DNA of 64,000 nucleotides. Origin: Marsupella aquatica. Taxonomy: Eukaryota; Plantae; Marchantiophyta. The DNA is taken from contig OZ316899.1 of assembly GCA_973895155.1 (NCBI GenBank), positions 457,573 through 521,572 on the forward strand, in the 5' to 3' direction. Of the stretch, positions 45,436 through 58,300 are shown in pieces. The translations under genes and the position numbers were made by a program. How positions within the stretch are numbered: the first letter of the stretch is position 1; each line of letters opens with the position of its first letter. Below the pieces are notes generated by a model, which did not search any database, was not told the origin of the DNA, and saw only the letters and a program-made list of their open reading frames with translations.

Positions 45436-46923
45436 TGGTGGACCTTGCCACCCAACGCCCTCACCAATCCCAACACTCACGCCTAAGTGCCCCTGGTGCC
45501 CAAACACCTCCATGGAATACCTTGAGCAAGCAACCTAGTGCCCCTTGCACCACCAGTGGCCCCTCCCATACAAAGTCGCACTTGCTCTCCAACACGACCG
45601 CTACTCAACGGTCCTCATTGTCTGCACAAGCAACCAAGCACCTCGGTAAGTAACCCTTTAGGATCTAGAACTCGCCAAATCTAGCATCCTAACTCAAACT
45701 CAACAGACGTTGGTAAATAGGTCAGCGATAGGTCCTCCCAATGCCATAAGTTGGAACCAAAACTCACGCCCACTGTTCATCTAGAACAGCTCCTTCCTTG
45801 GGTGCGGCCCGGGTTCCTCCTTGTACCTATCCATCACCAATTGACCGCCCTGACCCCAGGACATGCTCATGGCCCAAATAGCGTAGCTTGTCCTAAAGCT
45901 TGTCCCAAGCTTGTCCCAAACATGCTGGGACCAGAATGGCCCCGACTCTAGCAACCAAGTACCCTTGGAACTCAATGGGGCCATGCACCCTTGGAACTCA
46001 ACCTCCACGCCTACTTGGCCTTGCCTCCCCAACACAAGCTCCCTTGGGAGACTGAATGCGGCTTGGCTGTTGTTTGACAGATTTTGACAAGCGAGCAAGC
46101 TAACACCCGCAAACCTCAAGAACCCATGTCACCCCCAGACCCAGCTGAGCTCAGGAGGATGTATCCCTCCTTGAGATCTTTCCAACGCACCCAAGAAGTC
46201 CTCCAACGGACTTCCTGTTGGGAAGATATTGTTGTTTTTGTTTGGCACTTTCCCTTAGTGTCACGACTGCCGTGGCTCACGACTTCTGCTCGCCCTTGGC
46301 CCCCAGGGAGACACCACTCCCCTCATATATGCTTCTGGAGACCTGTCACCCCCAGACCAACTTTGGTCCCTAAACATTTGGCCTCTAACCCGGATCCTAT
46401 CGCGCATAGTGGGCGCGCCATTAACTGGCAACGCCCATAACTTTCTCGTTAGGCGTCTGCAAGCGGAGTGCCTTAACCCGTTGTGATCGGGCCAACCCAG
46501 TGCTCATGCCCAGGCCCTCAGGTATCATTGCCGCTTGGGATCCCCGATCGGCCAAACCCGGATTGGGCCATAACTCACGCCCCAAGCGTCCATTGCCCAT
46601 GGCGCCAACTCCATTGGCTTTGGGCCCAAGAGGAGCTCACACTCAAGCCCTCAAAACTCAAAGTCCATTCGGGGGCCTGGATGGTCAACCTTGAGTCCGG
46701 CCCCTTTCCCCTTGACCCGACTAGCTCTCAGCTTGCCTAAGTCCTTAGTGTGTGTCACCAGCTTGGCTCCTTGCCTTTGCTAGTGCCACGTCTCATTGCC
46801 CACAAGTCTCCCCATGCTAAGTCCTCCCCGGATGGCCTATCCGGGCCTGGACCATAAGGGAGCTTGGCGTTGGAGTCAACGATGCCGGAGCTAAGTGTTA
46901 AGGTAGTTGAGTTCCGCAACTCA
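45436..46923 (-). repeat. 5' LTR of D (1,488 bp)
   Basis: TGAGTTGC...GGTCCACCA; homologous to the solo LTR 47265-59520 after its insert is removed. Confidence 0.88.
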
Positions 46924-47259
46924 CTAGTTGGTATGAATACTCACTTGGTTTGAAGGATCACTCTCACCAGATTTTTGCTTCTGTTTTCTTGCTTCAGCTC
47001 TCACCTCTTCTTTGTAGGGGACTGTCCATTTTGTTTCTTCTGCATACATCATATTTTCACACATTATTTGCAATGTCCAAGGAAAACTCAAATGCACTGT
47101 AGAAACTAGGTCTTACCATCCAACGATTATTCTTACTAGTTGCTATTATTTTTGGAGCATTCCCTTTCCTTCCTGTCAAGTTAAGATTCTAAACGTTGCC
47201 ACAAGCATACGTTGTCTATGAACTCTTATTCTTGTCGGACTCACTCAAGAAGTGATGGA
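46924..47259 (+). other. 3' internal (untranslated) region of a family A element, continuing at 59526-59559
   Basis: Removing the D solo LTR (CTAGC TSD) joins it to ...TTTGTCAATGGGGGAG|TGTGATGCC. Confidence 0.65.
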
Positions 47260-48882
47260 CTAGCTTAGTCGAGGAACTTGACTACCTTAACACTTAGCTC
47301 CGGTGTTGCTGACTCTGACGTTGAGCTCCCTTCTGGTTCAGGCCCGGATAGGCTATCCGGGGAAGACTTAGCATGGGGAGACTTGTGGGCAATATATGGG
47401 AAGTGGCGCTGGAAAAGGCAAGGCGCCAAGCCGATGTCACACACTATGGACTTAGACTAGCTGAGAGTTGGTCGGGTCGAGGGAAAAAGGGCCAAGCTCA
47501 GGGTTGTGGTGCGTCCCATGGCTCCCTAAACCCAAGAACCCGCCCTAAACAAGCCGATTCCCATCGGTTTCACTCTTGCCAAGGCTGGTTACGCGGCTTA
47601 TCGGCATGGGACGCTGCTAACTCTTCTTCTACTAACTTTTTAACCACATATACTGGACAGATCCTTCATCAGATCATGAGATATGTACCCGGCCTACTCT
47701 AAGTCTCTCCTTGGTCTCTTCTATCGGTCTCCCTTCCAGTATGTTTGGATTCCGCCCCCGGAATAATGCCCAATCGGGTTGGGTGGCCGCTAAGATCCCT
47801 CTCAACTCAACACATCCAACTCTCCCTGCTTCTGCACTTCCTTTCTCTTCTATAGTTGATGTGGGCAATCTTCACACAAGTTGATGCGACACACAATTAG
47901 AAAGATGACTCCTATTGACTAAGTTATACCATGCCTATTGCCATACAAGGAGTACTTCTCATACACAAGGTCTGTGAACTAAGCCAAAAGGCCAACTCTA
48001 TTCAACTCTTAGGCATGAGGAAACATGAATATACACAAGGGCCACTGCATAACTAACCAAGAGCTTCTCTTTAATAATTGATCCCAGCCTTGTTGGTGCA
48101 CTAAAAACTTGCTTAAGAAGAAAGCCTTGGGGTCCCTATTGCACAGGTATTTATTGTGGCAACATACCTGCCTATTTCCTTGCTGCGTAAGCCAAATCTA
48201 CTTCTAACTAGAATCTACCTATGTACAGCGGGGCAAGAGCACAAGTGTTGCTCTTACCAGTGGATCCGCAATCCCACTAATCTAAGTGTCAGCGCCGCTT
48301 CTTGGTCCTGATCCTAACCCTAAATTTGGAGGTCCGCGCCCGCTTTGCCCACTCACACCTCCAACCTCCACTTCCGCCCTCCCTCAAAGGGACGGCGCCC
48401 CTCCACCATCATGACGCTGGTGGCTGACCCTCAATGGACGCCCCCAATCCTTCCTCAGCGGCCAATGTAGGCATCCCGTTCTCTGACAAGTTACCTGCTC
48501 CTGACTGGGTCAACCCATCCTCGGCGTGATCGAGCCCCACCCCTACCTCGGCCTCTGCTACTTTGGCCTCTGCTTCCCCGGCTTCTGTCTCCCCGACTTC
48601 TGACTCCCCGGCTTTTGACAGTGGGGGGTCCGCCCCTCCGGCTTCAACACTGTCTCTCCCGACATTGGCTATCTTGCTGTAGGGGTCTTCCTCATAGGCT
48701 CATTCTATGAGTCAGGTTGTCTCATCCTCCCAAGGTTGCAGTTGATGCCGATCAATGATTGGCAACCTTGAGTCAGTGCCTGTCATGGCCTCACCCAACC
48801 GGTTTTCTTGGCCTACCTCCAAGACTGCCACTTTGACAGCCACTACCCCGCATAAGGCCGGTGCCATGCTCTCCACCTTAGC

Positions 48883-51379
48883 TATCACGCGATTGACATG
48901 GATCTTAACACCAAAAACATCACTATGGGTGCCAAAACCATCTCCTTGTACCTGAGGATCACGAAGGGATGTTGTGAAGGCCGGTAAACACCAATTTATG
49001 CCCTTAACACCAGACTATCGTAGCAAGACTCTATCACACATCACCCAAGCTCAATCCCAAGGAACCAAGGTTGGGGATCAGATCTGCGCTCATGATAGTT
49101 CTGGTGAGAAGGGGTCTTCATATCGGGCCCGTACACATAGGGCCTAGCGCTACGGTGTGCATAGGTCTATACGTATGCTTACTGTCATAGGTATGTTTCT
49201 ATTCTGCCGCCGGAATGTACCCATAAACCAGTGACTTTGACCGATTCCCGGCTTAGGGACTTCTAAGCCATTGCCCCACCACTCTGCCATTCCACTCCCA
49301 ACAATCAGAGTTATGACAGCCCTCACCCAACCCACTTCAATGCACCCGGTACACCTCTCAATGGCACTGCTAGTCCCATCATACACTTAGATTGCCTCAC
49401 ACACACACACACATCCATGAGAGAAATGAGGCCTGAGAGGAAAACTCAATTAGATTCAATGATGTGCACAATAGTTCACTGAGAACACTTGATTCGAACA
49501 ATAGCCCCGAAGGCTGTCTACTCCTGAACCTGAGTCGGGCTCACTCCAGATTGCGACGGCAGATTGGACTCAAACCAATCCCGTACTTGCCTTGCAAACT
49601 CAATCCTGAACTCAACCTCCTTCACTGCACTTCATTCTTGGGGGCACATACAGATCTCACACCTCCAATTCAGAACGTCAAGTTACGCATGCATAGTTGA
49701 CTCGACTTCAAAGCTGGTACCAGGCCTAACGGCGATCTACCCTAGACTGCAATGAGGCCCGGCCTCATGCTTGCCTTGCAAGCTCAGCTCTGGCCATAAA
49801 TCCCTTAGTGCTCTCTACCAGACAAAGGCCGGGACTCCCCATGGATCACGTAGCCTTGCCAGACCAAACTGTAAATGCTCCTTCTGCTGCCCCTCAATCA
49901 GTATCTTAGCCTCCCTAATGTGCTCACCACAAATCAAATTGACATCCTCCCCACAGTTTACAATCACCAATACATCACCTATCACCAAGGCTCTGTATCG
50001 GGGGAAAAGAACCCAGTTGTGCTGCCCACTAGAAAGAGCCACAATCCAGCTCGCAAACCTAGCAACCCGTTGCAGCTGTGAAGCTTGGCTGATTACTCCC
50101 TGAGTAATAGCACAACCAAGCTCTCCCCAACACGCAGCGTCCAAGTCCAGCCTTGCTTGCACAGAGCTCCTCCCTGCTGCTGAGTCTAAGTGAGATCACA
50201 CAACTGAAGTCCCCCTACCTCTACCGGGGGGCTGCTCTATATACTCTCATACTGAGCCCAAATGGGTGGATACTACGCTTTTGGAGCCCCATCCCAGCCC
50301 TAACAGAGCCGCCACTATCTCTAACTACTGAACCCTAACTCGCAACTTTATTTTTATCTCGAATTGGCTATGTACTTCGGATTTGGCCCTCCTCCATGGT
50401 TTTTGCGAGCTTGCGCCTCCTCTCCCGATTTCTCTATTCAACCATTTGCTGCGTGGATAGCAGCGTTGGAAGCGGCTTGAGGTCCTCTTTCCAACGAGGT
50501 CAATTATAGCCGATTTGGCCAAATACACAGAAAGTTATGCCCCCACAATCGAGAGGGGGTACTCATTGCTACGCTAACCCGAGTTACATAGCTAACCCGA
50601 GTTCGGCTAGCCTAGCTATCCTATCTAACCTTAGAAGAGTTAACCCGTGGCCTCGGGCTAAGCCGCTATCCGTGTCCGTGTCCGCTATCCGTGTCCGTTG
50701 TCTGTGTCAGTTGTCCGTGTCCGTTGTCCGTGTCCGCTATCTGTGCCTGCTGTATACTATCCGTGTCCGTTGTCCGTGTCCGTTGTCCGCTATCCATTGT
50801 CCGTTGGCCGTGTCCGTTGTCCGCTATCCGTTGTCCCGGGTTTAGTCTAACCCCAATCTAAATCCGCTAGCCACTAGCCACTATCCGGTATTTGTATCCG
50901 CTAACCTCTATTCGCTATCCGCTATCCGTGTCTGCTAACCTCTATCCGTATCTGCTATTCGTGTCCGCTAACCTTTATCCGTATTCGCTATCCGTGTCCG
51001 CTAATCTCTATCTGTATCCGCTATCCGTGTCCACTAACCTCTATCCGTATCCGCTATCCTGGGTTACACACTAACCCATCACACTAATAAAATCATATCT
51101 TTCCTAATACACCTCCGTTTTGAGAGTGTTTTATATCAATTTTACTTGCCTTGACCGGATCTTTCCAATGCTCTTTACAGATCCGGATTTGGTAACATAT
51201 TGAAAGAGATATGGTTGCCGACCACCCGCGACATAACTTTTATTTCCCTACTCTTAATGCCATGATTGCCCTTATTCTTGCCATCTTGCTAATTGTTATG
51301 CAATATCAATAGCTACTCCTTGCATACAGCAGCCTAGTTAATCAGATTAAAGAATAAGAACCATGTCATCGGCGTCACA
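48883..51379 (-). repeat. Family B solo LTR, copy B1 (2,497 bp)
   Basis: TGTGACGCCG...GCGTGATA; perfect TSD TTAGC (48878-48882, 51380-51384). Confidence 0.92.
50660..51062. repeat. Two degenerate CCG-core satellite arrays in B1
   Basis: Units CCGTGT, CCGTTGT, CCGCTAT, CCGTAT, CCGCTAACCTCTAT. Confidence 0.9.
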
Positions 51380-51744
51380 TTAGCCACGGTGGCTTGACAA
51401 ACGGTGTGGCTCCTTGACCTGGAAGGCTTCTGCTTCTTGTCCTTCCCCTCCCAGGCAGCTAGTGCCTTCCCCTTGCCACTTACTTTGGGCAAAAGTGAGG
51501 GTACTTCAGCCTGTCGCTCGGTCATGATCACACTGTGCAACCTTGTTGCCGCCACTAGGGGTTCACCTGCTGCTGCCTGCCAATTTAACTCCTCGGACAG
51601 TTTCTTCAGCCACTCTGTTTGGTTGTCTGCCCACCTCTGCATGTTCTCTAATTTTTGTGTGGCGTCCTCCAACTCCTCCAGGGTCTCATCCAAATCCCTG
51701 CAAGCTTCCTTCAACTTCTTTAGGCTATCTGGATGCATTGCTAA

Positions 51745-54700
51745 TTAAGGGGGAGGTATGGGGGGCGCGCTACACATAGAGAAGAAACAAGATGGGGTCT
51801 CTGGTTCAATTGAGACTGGATAGGTGCGAACGGGGACTGGATTTATAAACTGGTTGATTTGGTGCATGATAGGGGATCGGCACTGTCTGATCATGACCCG
51901 GTTATGATTTGCATTAGTCTCATGGAAGGAAGGCAGGAAGGAAAATTGGGACTAAGAAGATCTCTGTTTAAGGCTAATCCTGCCCTGGTCAGGATGGAAG
52001 GCATGATCAAAATACTAGAAAGGGCATGGGTGGAGGGAAAGGGTGACTGTATTGAACCTATTCTAGCCTTTGACAAGGCTTGCAGGAATATGAGAAGCAA
52101 ATACATTGAGAAGCAAGCGACACCTAAAGAGAAAGATGAAGAAATGCTTTTGTTGAGAAATAAGCTTCGGGTGTTGAAAATGGAGATCCTGGAGGAATAC
52201 ACAGAAGAGGAGTTGCAAGATTACGTGGATATGGAGGATCAAGTACATGCAGCAGAGTTAGAGGAGGCCCACAGAGGATGAAGGTTAGCACGAATTAAAT
52301 GGTTGGGTGAGGGGGAGGAACCTTCGAGGTTTTACTTCGCAACTGTAAAGGCAAAAAGAGAACGGAAGGCAATGAGGAGCCTCACGGTGGAAGATGGCAG
52401 GGTGATCACAGATCCAACGATGATATTGAGAGAAGTAGAGAAGACATGTAAGGAATTATATGTGCCTAAGGAGCCATCTAGGCATGAACGGATGGAAACT
52501 CTGAATGAGCGAAGCAGACTACTGGAGCACACAAAGTGTGTGTTGACGATTACGGAAATACAAATGCTGGAAGGGCTGCCAACAAAAGAAGAAATCAAAG
52601 AAGTCTTGTGGTTGCTTCCTAGAGATAAGGCCCCTGGACCAGACGGGATGACAGCGGAGGTTTATCAGGCCTGTTGGGTGTTCATGCAGGACGACCTGGT
52701 AGCGATGGTGCAGGAATTTTGGCTGACGGGGAACTTGGCAGCAGGGATTAAAGAGGGGATGATTAAGTTCATTCCAAAGAAATCTGATAAGCAGTATCTT
52801 AGGGACTGGCGGCCTCTTACTATGCTGAACACAGGCTACAAGCTGATTGCAAAGTTATTGGTGTTAAGGCTAATTCGAATCCTACCGAAGGTTATTAGTT
52901 CTCAACAAACAGGTTTCATTCTAGGAAGAAATATACTGGAGAACATTTCGCTGGCTTGGCTAATGTTTGCCTGGGTGAAAAATAGGAAGGTTGAATCACT
53001 TTTCCTTAAGCTAGATTTTGAGAAAGCGTTTGACAGAGTGGATCAGAGCTATATATGGGAAACTATGCACTTGTTGGGGATAAGCGGAACGTTCATAAAA
53101 CTAGTCAAGGCGCTATTACAACAGGCATCCTCAAGGATTTACGTGAATGGGTTGCTTTCCTCTGAGATTGGACTGTCGAGGGGTGTTAGGCAGGGTTGCC
53201 CTCTTTCACCTCTTTTATTTGTGATATCAACTCAGCCTTTAATGGATTTTTTGGATGCTGAGATGGAGGCAGGGCGTTTAGATGGCATTCAAGTCTCAGC
53301 GGACTTGAGGATATGCTATAGGTTCTTTGCTGATGACTTGGGGATGTTCATCCCGGCTAAGCAGAGGAGTTTCCTGAAAGCAACAGTAGTGATACAGTGC
53401 TATGAATTAGCCATGGGGGCCAGACTGAATTTGCGTAAATCAATAGTCATCCCGCTAGCACTGTTGAGTATTCCAGCATGGTTACAAGAGACTGGATGTG
53501 TGATTAGCAAGAAAGGAGAGCTACAGAAATATCTGGGTGTTCCTTTGGGGGTGGACCTGAAAACGGAACAACTGCATAGCTTTTGTCTGGATAAAATTGG
53601 GAAGAGGTTATCTTCTTGGTCGAACAAAATGCTTACCTTTACAGGACGCTCGCTTTTGATTAGGCACATACTTCAAGCAATTCCCATTTATCATACAATG
53701 TTCCTTAAGGCGTCTGCTGGTTTGGCTAGGAATATGACTGCACTATGTAGGGATTTTTTATGGGGTCATAACAAGGAAGGGGGCAAGCAAGTTCCGCTGG
53801 TTTCCTGGGCACGTCTCTCGCGTCCCAAGTTGGATGGCGGACTGGGGTTTAAAGATTTCCGCAGTCACTCGGATGCGCTGTTATCAAAATGGGGTTTACC
53901 TGTGCAATGGACTACCCGGATACGAAATGGGCTAGAATGTTTGCTGAAAATCTGAATAGGATTGGATGGACTAACTATAAAGAGATGCGGAGGAATGGGT
54001 ATACCTTCCGGGACAAAATGGTACTTGGCTGTCCCGGGGGACTCCACGGAATGGCATATACAGGGGATCTCTGGAAGGCCTGGGAATTGCTGCAACGAAC
54101 CTGATTTTCTGTCCCTCTGAGCGGATACCTGGTAGATGGTCGATTTGTGATGTGCTCCGATGTTTAAAGGGAACGCAGGCGTGGAGCAGTGGTGACAGGG
54201 AAGTAGTGACAGTCCTTTGTGGATGACTGGGTATTAGGAGCACGCAAGATTTATGGTCAAGTGAAAGGAATGGATGGCGAGGGCTGGCAGGACGGTGGTT
54301 ACATCTACGTGGATTCTCAGAGGAACACTTAACTCTTGGATGCAGATTCATTGGGCTGTTAGCTGACATCCCTAGCTGTGAGTGGGGGGTGGAGCCTGGG
54401 CCGGAGAGCTGGTGTTGGGCTGACAACCCTATTGCTCTCAGGAGGTTCAGAGTATCAAATAAGAGAGCATATCAGATGCTGCAAGAGGAGGTGAGAGATT
54501 TACAGAGTTTAAATAGGACATGGGGAATAGCAAGCACGGGCGACGAATGGAGGGCAAGGTGGGCGGGGCTGTGGGGATCGTACTTGTCAATGAGGGCTAA
54601 GACATTTATGTGGCGAGTAGTAGCATCGGGGCTCTTCACCGGGGTTAGGGCGGTCAAAATTGGTAAAGGAAATGGAGAGTGCAAGCTATGTCCTGGAACA

Positions 54701-55368
54701 CTGGAGACTATTTCACACTTGTTCATGACCTGTCAACATGCACAACGCTGTTGGCAGCTCTGTGCACAAAGCTTTGAGGGCATATTTGCAGATTATTCTG
54801 GGGGGCTGCTTGGGATGATAAATTCTGCTGTGGGTAAGGAATATAGGAAGATAGTTAAAATGATTGTCTTATACCAGATATTGTGGATGATCTGGTTGGG
54901 TCAAAATGAGCATATGTTTGTGATGGGCGGGCCCGGAGGTTTGATATGCGATTCACTCTCTCGGAGGCGGTGGACCATGTCACTGCGGTCGGGCTTGCAC
55001 TGCCAGCGAGCAACAGACGGACTAGGCTGCTGAGAGTGAAAGAGATTATCAATGCAGAGCGGCTCACTTGGTTGAGGCGTAGAGACTGCTGGATCACATC
55101 AGGATAGTGTAGGAATGACTGATGGAAGGGTAGTAGGCTGGCTAGGTGGATGGATTGCAGTAGAATAAGTTTGTTAAGGTTGTTAGGATGGTCTCTGGTG
55201 CCGGATGGCTGGTAGGAATACATGCTACCGGTGCTGCTGGTAAGCGGATAGCAGTTGTGTGTGCTGGCTGGGCTGGGATCTGTTGTGCTGGTATTGGTGG
55301 TGACTTTTCTGTTTGTTTCCCCTCAGCCATGGGGTTTGCGTGGCCCACAAAAGTTATAAAAAATCTAA
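51745..55368 (+). mobile_element. 5'-truncated L1 LINE (endonuclease end, RT, zf-RVT, 3' UTR, short A-rich tail)
   Basis: QLRLDR/LSDHDPV; KAPGPDG, WRPLTMLN, LDFEKAFD, GVRQGCPLSP, FADD, KYLGVP; C..C...ET..HLF..C; tail TTATAAAAAATCTAAAAA. Boundaries approximate; no TSD resolved. Confidence 0.88.
52303..53955 (+). pseudogene. ORF2: L1 ORF2 reverse transcriptase region
   Basis: 550-aa open stretch with non-LTR RT motifs; stops and frameshifts on both sides. Confidence 0.92.
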
Positions 55369-58300
55369 AAACGTTTAAAGGAAGGCCGCCCTCTCCTCTT
55401 GGGTTGCTTTCAGCTCTGCGTTGAGCTCATGGACGACATCAAACTCTATCTTATTCATCTTCTTGTAGGTTTGATCGAGCATGTAATCTTTCTTATGCAG
55501 TTCAGCTTGACAGATGGCCGACAGGGTTTTGAGGTCCTCTTTATACTTGTCGACGCTCCTGTAGGCCTCATCTAAGTTGTCCTTTTTTTGATGGAGGACC
55601 CTGCAGAATTCTTTGATCTCCTCCTTTAGTGCCCGCTCCTTCCTCTGTGCCTCAGCCGCGGCTTTGTTGACGACCATTAGGTGAGTTGCTTTTGTATTTT
55701 TGAGCTCTTGCTTCCACTTCTCCTTCTCCTTGAGGGCCTCAACCAACTCTCCTTGGGTCTAGGCCAATTGCCCCTGCATGATTCTTATCTCATGCTTCCT
55801 AACCCGCAGCTCATCCTGGGCCTGCTTGGCCGCCTTTAAATCTCCAGCCTCAGCTTCCTTCTGTTTAAGCCATTTAATGACTTCCTCCTTCTTCATCCTC
55901 TCCAAGGCCAGTGCTTCCTCCAACCGGCTTCTCTCCAACATCTCTTTGTGGACAAAAGGCCTTGTCTCCAACTCTACCCCAAAGATGTCGAGGGCAAGTA
56001 GTCCGCACATCCTCCTGTACTCCAGGGCTCTGGAACGTGCATAGGTGGAGTGGTTAGGAGATGCCGGCATCTCCCAATGTGGCCTTTGTTCCCATGTCGC
56101 CCTCCGTATTTCATCAAACGTGGGTAAAGGCCTGGCTTGAGTCCCTGCAAGACGCAAATGTCCTCCGGCCATCCTCCGCCTAGCAAATCCTTCTCCTTGG
56201 CCAGGGTTGCCCTCTCCAGATCTCTGAATTGCTGATGCGACTCATGATCGGCCTGTTGTCTCCCATCATAATTTGGAAGAGGGACATCCGGTGGGGGAGA
56301 CTCCAGGCTTTTCTGCTGTTGTGGGTCCCCATGCACCACCCTTGGAAGTGTGGGAATAAAAGGGCCACAGGTCGGCACCCTTGGTACCACACAATCCCAC
56401 TCGTAGCCCAAGTCGTCCTTGTGGTATTCCTCCACATCCTCCCCGGCCTCTGGAAGTATTGGTGCTTGCCAGTCCTCTCTAGGACTAGCCGCAAACACGG
56501 CATCCTGCCAGGAACTATGCATGCGTGTAGCTTTCTCTTCTTGCTCCCTCACCCGGCTTCCGCTCTCCTTCTCAGGGCTGGAAACCCTGGGTCCATGTCC
56601 CTCGGATTCTGGACTTGAGGCTCCCACGTACATCCGCATCCCCGCCTCCTTTTCCGGTCTGCTTCTCCTCACGGCCCTGGTCATGGGTTCTGCTCTAGCG
56701 GTTCTTGTGGTGCCCGCTATCGGTGCCTCTGCCGCTATTGCCGCCTTTTCCTTCTTCAGTATCTGTAGAAGGCTCTATATGACCGGTTGCTGCATCGGCC
56801 CACGTTCGACATCTGTTGAAAGATCTGTGCTATCATGGGGCTGTCGGGCGGGTTGGGATTCCTTGTTGCCAGCCTCGGCTCCAACTCCTCTTTTGGCGCT
56901 CTTGCCTGTAGGGGGAGTATAAGCGCAAACATCTAACTCCGGGCATACCGGCACAACAACGGCATGTGATAACCAAGCCGGGACATGCTCCCTTGGCTGA
57001 TCACCTGCTGTTCCTCCTTCAATATCTTCTTTAGTTGGTTGAGGAGGCACCCATTGTAGTCTTAGCTTGGGTCTGGCCTTTCCGCTAGGTAAACTTGTGC
57101 TTTGCCGATCTCTGGCCTTGGCAAGTTGCAATGCATTGTCACTTGCAAGATAACGATCATTTCTCCAATATGCGGGTTGGTGCAGGTGTTTCAAAAGAAG
57201 CCATTCTTTGTTGATGGCCCGGGGAACAATCTTAACTCCTTGTCTGACAAGTTCTTCCCCAAGCCCGATCCGGCCATGAAGCCTTGATACTTTTTGGTCT
57301 GCATGGTTGTAAAGCATGCATCCTCATCTTGTGCAAAATGTAGCTGTATTGCCTTCGGTATTATCGTCACCCATCCCTTCCATGTGTCATCTCTGGGAGG
57401 GATGGCACTAACTGGGTTGACTTCTTGTTCCTTGGCTTCCTCTTGCCTATGCCTCCCTTGCTTGGCCGGCCTTCTTGATGTTGCCGACCTCGTCCTTTTG
57501 GCCGGTGTGGTTTCTTTGTTGTTGGCCATCTTCCTCTTCATTTTGGCCGTTCCTGACAATTCCCCCAACACTGTTGCTTTTGTCCACGCTTCTGTGCAAC
57601 CCTTCAGGTCCCAATGTTTGTCGTTGCAGTTGTTGATGGGCTGCTGGATGCCGACAATTCTGTTGTCTCAAATTAGAAGATCGTCAAGCTCATCAGCAGT
57701 AGGCGTCCACAAGAATTCAGCCTTGATGAACTCTCCTCCTAAGAAGGCCAACTTCTGCATTTCCCACAGTCGAGCAAGCTCCTGTCGTTTGCGGGCTACT
57801 CTTTTTGACTCTTCCTCCTTGTAGGTCCCAACGTACTCACTTGCCCGTTTGAACAAGCATCCCCAAAAATGTGTTGCTTGATTGATGTTGCTCATTCCCT
57901 CCTCTATCGTTGCTCGGTATCTGTTATGCCCACCGTGTTTACCTTTGCAGCTGACAGTCGATGGCTTCTACTTGCAATTTGCTTGATCAAGGTGCGAATG
58001 TGAGCCGCCACTCCTTGGTGAACCTCCCTTACCCCCCTCCAGCTTGTGTTGCTTGTCTCGTTTATTGATTACCGGAAACCGCTAGTATTAACGTGCCCTA
58101 ACCCTAATCATGACCCTTAGTGGCCGTTACGCCTCTTACTCCCGGCCTCAGCTTGGGTTCCATGTATACCCTTAATTATTTATGTTTTTCTCATCTTTTC
58201 CTCATACTAGTGGTTTTATTGAATACCACTCGGTTTTACCTTTTATATGGCCTAGTGATTCCTGGCTACGCATCACAAAGGTCAACCGTCCGTACCCCTA

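Larger units (their letters stand above)
40797..46923 (-). mobile_element. Degenerate chromovirus-like Ty3/Gypsy element D (5' LTR, PBS, gag, pol; 3' end lost)
   Basis: 5' LTR 45436-46923; PBS TGGTATCAGAGC; gag with CYMCGAMGHQSKDC; protease LVDTGA; RT DLRSGYYQIR/FIDNILIYS; integrase WESISMDFIVGLP. Confidence 0.9.
47505..58277 (-). mobile_element. Family A solo LTR, copy A4 (net ~4.65 kb), with nested B1 and L1
   Basis: Termini TGTGATGCGT... / ...ACGCACCACA (10-bp near-perfect inverted repeat); TSD AGGGT/AAGGT; no gag/pol inside; coding remnants at 55375-58170, 51385-51744 and 48400-48882. Confidence 0.85.

Noticed and set aside
38717-46923. Inverted D repeats flanking gag-pol, resembling a DIRS-type element
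   Set aside because: The element has a DDE integrase and a tRNA-Met PBS. The plus-strand copy is truncated, diverged and separated by element E, so it is an independent insertion.
49815-50162. 115-aa ORF in family B LTR containing IREA
   Set aside because: The frame is not maintained in B2, and the similarity to the VG.REA domain does not extend beyond the tripeptide.
50660-51062. Repeat arrays as CRISPR-like
   Set aside because: Units are 6-14 nt with no unique spacers, there are no cas genes, and the context is a eukaryotic LTR.
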